Made by a program: the position numbers and the translations under genes
Shown here: piece after piece, positions 20,833 to 29,062 of the stretch
Numbering within the stretch: position 1 is the first letter of the stretch
How the letters are laid out: the number at the start of each line of letters is the position of its first letter
NCBI GenBank assembly: GCA_963729625.1
Contig: CAVSOU010000007.1
Location: 480,001-544,000 of the forward strand
DNA from: an uncultured bacterium
GTDB lineage: Bacteria > Chloroflexota > UBA5177 > JANWHV01
Reading direction: 5' to 3'
Length of the DNA: 64,000 nucleotides
Notes under the pieces: model-generated
Database searches by the model: none
What the model was told of the DNA's origin: nothing
What the model saw: only the letters and a program-made list of their open reading frames with translations

Positions 20833-20895
20833 GCCAACTGGGGCTCCGCCAACTGGGGCTCGGTAAATTGGGGTAGCGACTACTGAGGGAACTAA
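20833..20895 (+). pseudogene. Remnant of a second WGS-repeat tail (ANWGS ANWGS VNWGS DY*GN*)
   Basis: Matches the S8 tail (xxWGS)n-DYWG; the TGA at 20884-20886 sits where a Trp TGG is expected. No intact peptidase ORF lies upstream. Confidence 0.75.
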
Positions 20896-20925
20896 CCCCG
20901 GATCTCGATGAAAGGGAATGCATGT

Positions 20926-21444
20926 ATGAAGAAGACAATCTCGGGCCTCGTCCGCGGCACGGCATGTGCGGTAATCGTGGCAAGTGGCCTGGCGGGGTTG
21001 TGGCAGCACACGCCCGGCGCCCATGCCGCCGTGGCCAGCCGGCGTGACCCCATTCTGTTGATTTCCACGCCTACGGCGTCTGGTGCCACGCTGACTCTGG
21101 TTCAGGTCGTGGCCTCCATCTCCGCGAACAGCACGCAGGTGAAAGGTGTCAGCTTCGCCATCCACGGTCCAGTCGGTAGCTCGCTGACGAAAGAACTCTT
21201 GACCGGCGCGGGCGAAACTTACACGTACACGGCGGACCGCGTGGACACCTCCTACTCGACCGTGACCACCGTTACCGTGAGTGGGGCGGCCGTGCCGGTG
21301 ACCGTGACCTCCAGTGTCCTGGCAACCGATATGCAGACGGTGCTGTACCAGTCGACTGCCGTGGCTGGCATGAGTGGCAAGGGTATCACCACGACGGTAT
21401 GCCCGGTCGCCCTGGCCAATACCAATGCCGGCTGGGGGTCGTAG
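20926..21444 (+). CDS. Secreted beta-rich protein (RRDP motif) ending in NAGWGS
   Basis: Paralog of 10880-11404: GAHAAVASRRDPILL identical; AIHGP, ELLTGA and TDMxTVLYQ shared; signal peptide; AAAGGG before ATG 20926. Confidence 0.88.
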   Translation: MKKTISGLVRGTACAVIVASGLAGLWQHTPGAHAAVASRRDPILLISTPTASGATLTLVQVVASISANSTQVKGVSFAIHGPVGSSLTKELLTGAGETYTYTADRVDTSYSTVTTVTVSGAAVPVTVTSSVLATDMQTVLYQSTAVAGMSGKGITTTVCPVALANTNAGWGS

Positions 21445-21504
21445 GCAGCCCTCACAGCGGCCGTGCAATAGCAGGTAGTGAAGGTAATGAACGGAGAAAC
21501 AATC

Positions 21505-21687
21505 GTGAGTGGACAGAGGAAGAATCGATCGTTGCCGGTGCTCTGGCGCCGGATCGCCGTGTTGGCCCTGGTAATTCTTGGCACAGGCCTCTTCATCAGC
21601 CAGCCGGCACATGGCCTGGGCGGCACGAATACGGCAGCATGTGCGACATGTCACGTCGACAAGCCGTCCGCCGGCTGGGGGTCGTAG
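21505..21687 (+). CDS. Small secreted peptide precursor (~60 aa), predicted mature LGGTNTAACATCHVDKPSAGWGS
   Basis: GGAG before GTG 21505; basic n-region, hydrophobic h-region and AHG cleavage site; C-terminal AGWGS identical to the upstream gene; contains CxxCH. Confidence 0.72.
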   Translation: MSGQRKNRSLPVLWRRIAVLALVILGTGLFISQPAHGLGGTNTAACATCHVDKPSAGWGS

Positions 21688-21959
21688 GGGCCACAGCGAG
21701 CAGCTGCAATGGTTGGGTGCGCGGCTCCCGGCCGAAGCTGCGCTCGTGTACTGGACAGGCAACGCTCGGGGTGCGGCCTAGGCCGCACCCCGAGCGTTTG
21801 GGCTCGTGGTCAGACCGGCCGGCCGTGGCGCATCCGCTCTGGCCAGGGCCCGCGCAAATCCTGAACGCCTGGCAGATGGCTCGCCGACATCCTGTGAGCA
21901 CATGGGCCACCGGTACCGGATACTTCCGGGGCGTTTCGCACTCGAGGGTAGTAGTTGCT

Positions 21960-22030
21960 TTGCACGAGCTTGGTGGCAACTGCAGCGACCGGGTAACTCT
22001 CGGAGCCATCGGCTCACTGGGTGGTCGTAG
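21960..22030 (+). pseudogene. Possible decayed copy of the small WGS peptide gene
   Basis: HELGGN resembles HGLGGT; in another frame EPSAHW resembles KPSAGW; CTGGGTGGTCGTAGG is one inserted base away from CTGGGGGTCGTAGG (WGS*). Confidence 0.45.
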
Positions 22031-22181
22031 GCGCCACACCGCGCGGCTGCGCCGGTTGGGGGAGCGACTGCCGGTCGCAGCAGTGCTAGTGTACTGAATA
22101 GGAAATGCTCGGATCGCGGTGTACGCCGCGTCCCAGCCATGAGTTCTCCCGGGTGTTCGGAACGAGGTCGGACGAGCAGCC

Positions 22182-24989
22182 ATGTCACTACGTGCCCGGG
22201 CCTATGTCGGCAGCGTGCTTGGCGCCAGTGTCGCGCTGAGCGTGCTCGCGCTGCTTCGCTTCGCCCCAACGCTCGCGCTGTGTGAGACCTTTGCCGCCTT
22301 GACCGTCCTGGCCAGCGTGGCCCAGCTGTTCAAGGCCGAAGCCCCCAACCACGTGCTGCTCTACGCCAGCCCCATCTTCTTCTTTGCCGGTGTCCTGCTG
22401 CTGCCGCCCTTCCTGTTCGTTCTGTTGGTGGCTGTTCCGCACATGGTCGAGTGGGGTGTCGAGCGATTGCGGCACAGTCCTCACCTCCGTGCCTGGTACT
22501 TGCAGCCGTTCAATATCGCAATGAACTGGATATCCGGGCTGAGCGCGTACTGGCTGTACGCGCAGGTCAGTGGTGAGAACACCGCCAGCGTGCTTTCGAC
22601 CACCGTGCTCGCGGGTCTGGCCGCCGTTGCCTGCTTCGTCGTCCTCAACCACATCCTGCTGGGGCTGGCCCTCGCCCTCGCGCGTGGCGTGAGCTGGCGC
22701 GAGTCGGGCATGTTCGAGCTGTGGAGCCTGCTCACCGACCTGGTGCTGGCCTGCATGGGCCTGGTCGTGGCGGAACTCTGGCGGATACATCCCGCGTTCG
22801 TCGTGCCGGCCCTCGCTCCCCTGGTATTGATGTACCAGTCCCTGATGATCCCACGGTTGAAGCAGCAAGCCGAGATCGACGCCAAGACCGGTCTGTTCAA
22901 CTCCGGGCATTTCAAGACCATGTTTGGCGCCGAGCTGGCCCGGGCCACGCGGTTTGATCGGCCGCTCACGGTGATCATGGCCGACCTGGACCTGCTGCGT
23001 AACGTCAACAATCAGTACGGCCATCTCGCCGGTGACGTTGTTCTCGCCGGGATCGGCAAAATCATCCGTCAGACGATGCGCGAGTACGATATCAGCGGCC
23101 GATTCGGCGGTGAAGAATTCGTCCTGGTTGCCCCTGAAGCAGGTCTTACAACGGGCGAAAGCCTGGCAGAGCGACTGCGGCAGGCGGTAGCCGATGCTCG
23201 TTTTCCGATCGGGGCAGACGCCGCGCCGATCGGCGTGACGATGAGCCTGGGAGTAGCGTGCCACCCCCTGGACGGGAACACCGCGGAAACGTTGATCTAT
23301 GCAGCGGATATGGCGGTCCTCGAAGCCAAGACCAGGGGACGCAACTGCGTGGTGCGCGCCGCGGACCTGTCATGGGACCGCCGCGTCGCTCAGCCGGCCC
23401 CGCCTGAGCCCGATGCGGCCTCCGCCGGCGCCGTGACGCCGCAGCGATCGTCGCTGCAAGCAGAGGGGCCTCAGATACCGCCCGTCAGGCTCCTTGCGCC
23501 TGAAAGCCTGCGGAGCGCCTCTCCTCCCGAGACAGCCGAGCCAGCGTATCCAGGGACAAAGGCTCTGCCCCTGCGCGCAGGCTGGCTCGGCCAGGGCGCG
23601 GAACGCGATGGCGCGGATCGCGATCTGCCGGTGAGCAGCCAACGCGCGACGCAGGCGCCACCGCGTCTCGCGCGAATGCTTCCCCAGCCTGGGGTGGCCG
23701 TGGCCACGATGCTGCTGGCCATTGGCACAGTGCTTGCGGGGGTGCGGTACGAGGACATCTCGCTGGGATTGCAGCCCTTCGGCGAGATCCTCACGGCCGT
23801 ACTCCTGGCCGCCACACTCGTTCTGACTTACCGGTATCCGATTCATATCCGCCTGCACCTCAAGGTGCAGGTGTCTACGATGGTCTACTACCTGGTGGCC
23901 GCGCTGCTGCCCCTATCGTTGGGCATGGGTGTTGCGGCGCTGGGCACCCTGCTGGGCGAAGTATCCGTGCGCCGGCAGCGCAAGCTCTACCCGAGCGATA
24001 TTGCCACGGCCGTCGGCCGATGGACGGTGTTGGTGTTTCTGGGCACCTTGGTAGCACATGTGCCCGCACAAGGAGATGTCGCCCTGGCGCCGTTGGCGGC
24101 CTGCGCGGTGGTGCTGGCAATGGGCGACCTCCTCACGTTGCCGCTGATCATCGCATCGATAACCGGTGAGCGCCCGCTTCGCGTGCTGCGCGCGCTGGCC
24201 ACGGACACCGCCGTGCCAGATGGCATCCAGTACTTGCTTGGCTTCCTGGCGATTCTCGCATCCCAGCGCGCGGCGTGGGTACTGGTTCTCTGTGCGGTGC
24301 CTGCCGTTCTCGTTTACCAGGCCACGAAAGCCATGCATGAGGTGCAGGACTCCACGCACCATCTCCTGGAGGGCATGGCCGACACGGTAGACCTCCGCGA
24401 TTCCTACACCGGGGGTCATTCGCGGCGCGTGGCGGACTTCTGCCGCCGCATCCTGGATGAACTGGATCTCATGGGCCCCGATGCCGAGATGATCGTCTCG
24501 GCCGCGCGCGTGCATGATATCGGCAAAATCGCCATTCCCGACGCGATCCTCATGAAGCCGGGGCCCCTGACGGGCGAGGAGCGCGCCCAGATGCAGACGC
24601 ACGCGGAGCGTGGCGCCGAGGTGCTGGCCCGCCATCGAGATTTCCGGCATGGCGTGGCTGTTGTGCTGCACCACCACGAGGCGTGGGACGGCAGTGGGTA
24701 TCCGCGCGGGCTCAAAGGGCTCGCAATCCCGTTCGGAGCACGGTTGATGGCCGTAGCGGACGCCTTCGACGCTATGACAAGCGACCGGCCGTATCGCGGC
24801 GCGATGTCAGCAGCAAAGGCGGCAAGTATCTTGCGGCAGGGACGGGGTCTGCAGTGGGATCCTCAAATGGTCGATGCGCTGTTGCGCTGCATCGATGTTC
24901 AAACCGTGCTGGCCGAGCTCGCGGTGCTGCCGAGCCCCGACTGCACGACAGCCCAACGCCCCTCCAGCACGTCCGCGGCAGGCGCTTGA
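22182..24989 (+). CDS. Membrane-sensor diguanylate cyclase/phosphodiesterase: TM block-GGDEF-TM block-HD-GYP
   Basis: N-terminal ~400 aa closely paralogous to 4595-8017 (QLFKAEAPNH, YASPIFFFAG, WYLQPFN, ARGVSWRESG); REYD I-site, RFGGEEF; YTGGHS, VHDIGK, HHEAWDGSGYP, DAFDAMTSDRPY. Confidence 0.93.
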   Translation: MSLRARAYVGSVLGASVALSVLALLRFAPTLALCETFAALTVLASVAQLFKAEAPNHVLLYASPIFFFAGVLLLPPFLFVLLVAVPHMVEWGVERLRHSPHLRAWYLQPFNIAMNWISGLSAYWLYAQVSGENTASVLSTTVLAGLAAVACFVVLNHILLGLALALARGVSWRESGMFELWSLLTDLVLACMGLVVAELWRIHPAFVVPALAPLVLMYQSLMIPRLKQQAEIDAKTGLFNSGHFKTMFGAELARATRFDRPLTVIMADLDLLRNVNNQYGHLAGDVVLAGIGKIIRQTMREYDISGRFGGEEFVLVAPEAGLTTGESLAERLRQAVADARFPIGADAAPIGVTMSLGVACHPLDGNTAETLIYAADMAVLEAKTRGRNCVVRAADLSWDRRVAQPAPPEPDAASAGAVTPQRSSLQAEGPQIPPVRLLAPESLRSASPPETAEPAYPGTKALPLRAGWLGQGAERDGADRDLPVSSQRATQAPPRLARMLPQPGVAVATMLLAIGTVLAGVRYEDISLGLQPFGEILTAVLLAATLVLTYRYPIHIRLHLKVQVSTMVYYLVAALLPLSLGMGVAALGTLLGEVSVRRQRKLYPSDIATAVGRWTVLVFLGTLVAHVPAQGDVALAPLAACAVVLAMGDLLTLPLIIASITGERPLRVLRALATDTAVPDGIQYLLGFLAILASQRAAWVLVLCAVPAVLVYQATKAMHEVQDSTHHLLEGMADTVDLRDSYTGGHSRRVADFCRRILDELDLMGPDAEMIVSAARVHDIGKIAIPDAILMKPGPLTGEERAQMQTHAERGAEVLARHRDFRHGVAVVLHHHEAWDGSGYPRGLKGLAIPFGARLMAVADAFDAMTSDRPYRGAMSAAKAASILRQGRGLQWDPQMVDALLRCIDVQTVLAELAVLPSPDCTTAQRPSSTSAAGA

Positions 24990-25151
24990 GACACCAGGCG
25001 GTAACAGTGCCGCTGCCAGCGCGCGCCGCGTGCTGCTCGAGTCCAAAGTCATACCCAATTGGGCATTGCGCTGCGCGGCAGGTCCGCTATGATGCGGTGG
25101 ACAGCGGAGTCATCTCTACTATTCGCGGGAAATCGACTTTGAACGCAGCAC

Positions 25152-27188
25152 ATGGCGACTGAATCGCCCTTCCGCGAGCGTAGCCAACCTCAAGCCGGCG
25201 GCACGTCCGTGCCCGCAAACGGGCGCGACGCGGCGCGACGCACCGCGCGAAGCCGCCGTGCCGAATCGTTCCGCGCTGAACCGGCGACGGACACGTCGCG
25301 CGTCGCCAGCAGCAAGCTTGGCGAGCTGCTGGTCGCGAACGGGAGTGCCACGAGCGACGGCGTGGAAGCGGGCCTGGACGAGCAGCGTCGCACCGGCGTG
25401 CGCCTCGGCGAGGCACTGGTGAGCCTCGGCTACGCCCGTGCCGATCGGGTGGCCCAGGCACTTGCCGCGCAATACGGTCTCGAGGCGCTCAGTTCACTCG
25501 AGTCATCCAGCGAGCGACCCACGTGCTGCACCACCGACGACACCTGGTACCAAACGCACCGCCTCGTTCCACTGTCTGTCAGCAATGGCATATTGCGCGT
25601 GGCTACCGCGGATCCGACGAATACCGCCTTGCTGGCTGAGGCCGCGCGCATTGCCGGGATGCCAGTTCAACCGATCGTGGCCACGAACCGCGACATCGAG
25701 CGGGCGCTTAACTCGCTGTTCGGTCTGCCGGACCTGTATAAGAGCGCCAACGACCTGCTTGAGCGCATGCCGGAAGACAGCGCGTATCAGGTGCTCAGCC
25801 GCGCCCAGAAGACCGCCATCCTCGGCGCACTCGTCGTCTGTCTGGCGGCGCTCCTGCTGGATACAACGGCCACCCTGATCGTGCTCATTACCCTGTTGAC
25901 CCTTCTGCACCTGGCTTCCTGTTTCTACAAGCTGTACCTGCTCAGCCAGGGCGTGAAAGCGGGGGAGACGATCTATTCCGCACCCGAAACCGCGCATCTG
26001 GACGATCGCACGCTTCCTGTCTACACGATCCTCGTCCCGCTGTACCGTGAAGCGGTCATGTTGCCGCAATTGCTCCAGGCACTGCAAGCCCTCGACTGGC
26101 CGAAAGCAAAGCTGGATGTGCGCTTGCTCCTGGAGCAAGATGACGTCCCCACCATCGACGCGGCATTCGCCGCGCGATTACCGGCCTATTTCACGTTTGT
26201 CATCGTGCCGCCCGGATTGCCGCGGGGCAAGCCCAAAGCATGCAATTTTGGCCTTGCCCACGCAAGGGGCAAGTACGTCGTGATTTTCGACGCGGAGGAT
26301 ATTCCGGAGCCCGACCAGCTCAAGAAGGTTTACGCGGCGTTCCAGCAGGCGCCGGCAGACCTCGGCTGCATTCAGTGCCATTTGAACTTCTACAACGCCG
26401 ACCAGAATCTGCTCACCCGGTGGTTCACGGCCGAGTATTCGGTGTGGTTCGACATCCTCCTGCCCAGTGTGCAGGCCGCGCGGGTGCCGGTGCCTCTCGG
26501 AGGAACATCGAACCATTTCAAACGCGATGTGCTCGAGCAGCTCGGGGCGTGGGATCCCTATAACGTGACCGAGGACGCCGACCTGGGAGTGCGCCTCTTC
26601 AAGCGAGGTTACCGCACCGCCGTCTTGACGTCGACGACCTACGAAGAGGCGAATCCGCGCGTCGGCAACTGGCTGCGGCAGCGTTCGCGCTGGATCAAGG
26701 GCTATCTTCAGACCTGGCTGGTGCACATGCGTCACCCGATTGTTCTGTGGCGGGAGCTTGGCCCGCGCGGTTTCCTGGGCATTCAGTTTCTCCTTGGCGG
26801 TACTGTGCTGGTGCTTCTGCTCAATCCACTCTTCTGGGCCCTGGTGCCTCTATGGTTCACCACGCGATCGGCGCTGCTGCTGCAGCTCTTCCCTGGTCCC
26901 GTCTTTTACCTGGGCGCCGCCGCCCTCTACGTCGGCAATATCCTGTTCATTTATCTTGCCATGGCGGGGTCGCTCGGACGCGGATACCATTCCCTCACCA
27001 AGTACGCGCTCCTCAGCCCGGTCTATTGGGTGCTCATGAGCATCGCAGCCTGGAAAGGCGCCCTGCAGCTGCTGAGCCGGCCACACTACTGGGAGAAGAC
27101 GAAGCATGGCCTTGCGCGCTACGCGGTGGTGCCAGCGGCCCTTCCGCCAGACGCGGCAGTGATACACAAGAAGTCGGGGACCCCGTGA
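25152..27188 (+). CDS. MshEN (c-di-GMP-binding) domain + processive GT2 glycosyltransferase
   Basis: KLGELLVANG...LDEQ followed by RLGEALVSLG...ALAAQ; GT2 motifs LVPLYRE, FDAED, TEDADLG, QRSRW; C-terminal TMs and WEKTKHG. Confidence 0.9.
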   Translation: MATESPFRERSQPQAGGTSVPANGRDAARRTARSRRAESFRAEPATDTSRVASSKLGELLVANGSATSDGVEAGLDEQRRTGVRLGEALVSLGYARADRVAQALAAQYGLEALSSLESSSERPTCCTTDDTWYQTHRLVPLSVSNGILRVATADPTNTALLAEAARIAGMPVQPIVATNRDIERALNSLFGLPDLYKSANDLLERMPEDSAYQVLSRAQKTAILGALVVCLAALLLDTTATLIVLITLLTLLHLASCFYKLYLLSQGVKAGETIYSAPETAHLDDRTLPVYTILVPLYREAVMLPQLLQALQALDWPKAKLDVRLLLEQDDVPTIDAAFAARLPAYFTFVIVPPGLPRGKPKACNFGLAHARGKYVVIFDAEDIPEPDQLKKVYAAFQQAPADLGCIQCHLNFYNADQNLLTRWFTAEYSVWFDILLPSVQAARVPVPLGGTSNHFKRDVLEQLGAWDPYNVTEDADLGVRLFKRGYRTAVLTSTTYEEANPRVGNWLRQRSRWIKGYLQTWLVHMRHPIVLWRELGPRGFLGIQFLLGGTVLVLLLNPLFWALVPLWFTTRSALLLQLFPGPVFYLGAAALYVGNILFIYLAMAGSLGRGYHSLTKYALLSPVYWVLMSIAAWKGALQLLSRPHYWEKTKHGLARYAVVPAALPPDAAVIHKKSGTP

Positions 27189-27303
27189 TGGGTGCTCGGC
27201 CCGATCGTCGAGTGCGGGACGCGAAGGGCAAATCCAGTCGATCGTCTGGCCCGGCCCCGCTTCGAACCTCGGGTTTCGCAGGCAGAACCGTGCCATTTTC
27301 GCT

Positions 27304-28944
27304 TTGGCGTTCGTGTTCTACCTCTTGGTCGCCCTCTATCTTCGCCGGCTAGACCTGTACATGCAAGACGCGGTTGCTCGCACGGCCCAGGCCTTCTCCG
27401 TCCTCTACTCGCGCGACCCGCACCTTGGCGCGCTGGGCTTCGTGTGGAACCCGCTGCCGGCCTTGCTGCAACTGCCCTTAATCACCGTTCTGCATACGGT
27501 TCGCCTCGACCCGTTGCTGGCGAGCAATATACTGACCGCGGGCTGCGGTGCGGCGGCCCTGTGCGTGTTGAACGCTTTCATGCTCCGCGCAGGACTCTCC
27601 TCCCGCCTGCGTTTGCTGCTCCTCGCTCTCTATGGCCTCAATCCAGTCATCGTGCTGTATAGCGCCAACGGGGAGAGCGAGGCGCTCTTCATCCTGCTGA
27701 TCGTGAGTCTGGTCACGAATTTCGTCGAATGGGCGGATACACGGTCCCTGCGCGCCCTGCTGTCCATGACGCTCATCTCCGCGCTGGCAGTGCAGGCCCG
27801 CTACGAATCGCTCGCACTGATCGCAGCGGTCGCAGCGGCGATCATCCTCACCTGTATGCCCCTCACCCGGCACATCGGCGTCTCGGCTGCCGCCCGGCGG
27901 ATGGAGAGCTACTCGATTGCGTACCTGGCCGCCCCAGTTTATTCCTGCGCGATCTGGGTCTTCTTCAACTGGATGATCGAGGGGGACGCCCTGTTCTTCC
28001 TGCGCAGCGCGTACAGCAATATCGCGGATACCGCTCAGTTCAGGTCGAATGCTGGAAGCTACCTCCATGGAGTGGTCTACTCCTGGCCGGGCGCATTCCG
28101 GTACGGCGCCCGCGAAATGCTCTGCATCTTCCCCGCGTTTGCCGTGATCCTGCTGCTCGCGTTGTTCCTGGCCATGGCACGGCGTGAGCGAGGGATTTCG
28201 TTGTTCGGTGTTCTACTGATTTCCCTGGCAATCCCTGGGTTCGAGATCGCGATGATCGAGCGGGGCGCTTCTTACGGCTGGCTCCGTTTCTTCATATATG
28301 TGATTCCTTTCTCGTTCCTGCTGCTCACCGTGCTCTGCCGGACAGTTCCCAGCTTGATTGGGGGGCGAGGCGCCAAACTCGTCTGGGTGCTGATTGTTTT
28401 CGCGCTGCTCAGCTCGGACGTTGCGAGCTGGATCGCCATGAATACGCCCTCCCTCGGTCGCGAAGAACGATACGTCACCTGCAAGATCTTGCACCCAGGC
28501 CGGATATCCAGCCACGACACGATTCGCGACCCCAAGGCGATCGATGCCGTGGTCCAATCTCTGCCGCCGGGCCGCGTCCTGCTCGATACCTACCAGGGTT
28601 TCGCCATCCCACTCGTTTCTCCCAATCCGACACGCTACGTGATAACCTCGGACCTTGACTTCTCGGCAATACTGCACCATCCCGCGGGTATGGTGCGCTA
28701 TATCCTCGTCCCTTACCCCGACGCGGTTGGCCTTGACGATAGTATCAACCAGCAGTATCCCAATCTGTGGGAACGCGGCAGCCCCTGGACGCGCTTGCTC
28801 CGCGACTTTCCGCAGACCTTCAATCATTGGAGACTCTACGCGGTGGTCGGCGTCCCTCCCACGGGGGCGCGCGACCGGCAACCTGCCCGTACGCAACCCC
28901 TGCCCGCCAGGAATACAACACCAGAACAGTGTGAGAATGGGTAG
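27304..28944 (+). CDS. Multi-TM GT-C fold (PMT/GT39-like) glycosyltransferase-like membrane protein
   Basis: About 10 hydrophobic segments; DAVAR, RDPHLGALGFVWNPLP, NGESEA and RYE motifs; C-terminal soluble domain. Start codon uncertain. Confidence 0.7.
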   Translation: MAFVFYLLVALYLRRLDLYMQDAVARTAQAFSVLYSRDPHLGALGFVWNPLPALLQLPLITVLHTVRLDPLLASNILTAGCGAAALCVLNAFMLRAGLSSRLRLLLLALYGLNPVIVLYSANGESEALFILLIVSLVTNFVEWADTRSLRALLSMTLISALAVQARYESLALIAAVAAAIILTCMPLTRHIGVSAAARRMESYSIAYLAAPVYSCAIWVFFNWMIEGDALFFLRSAYSNIADTAQFRSNAGSYLHGVVYSWPGAFRYGAREMLCIFPAFAVILLLALFLAMARRERGISLFGVLLISLAIPGFEIAMIERGASYGWLRFFIYVIPFSFLLLTVLCRTVPSLIGGRGAKLVWVLIVFALLSSDVASWIAMNTPSLGREERYVTCKILHPGRISSHDTIRDPKAIDAVVQSLPPGRVLLDTYQGFAIPLVSPNPTRYVITSDLDFSAILHHPAGMVRYILVPYPDAVGLDDSINQQYPNLWERGSPWTRLLRDFPQTFNHWRLYAVVGVPPTGARDRQPARTQPLPARNTTPEQCENG

Positions 28945-29062
28945 CGGCCACCGAGCGTACGACGCTCCGTGGTGGAGAGTCTTGATCCTTTCCCATCGGG
29001 GGATTGCTCGGCAGTTGGTTGCCGCAGCAGAATAGTGCGGAGGTCGACCGGTAGTCTCGGGG

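Noticed and set aside
21505-21687. Classical RiPP (lanthipeptide or radical-SAM) precursor
   Set aside because: No modifying enzyme or dedicated peptidase-transporter in the window, and the leader looks like a Sec signal peptide.
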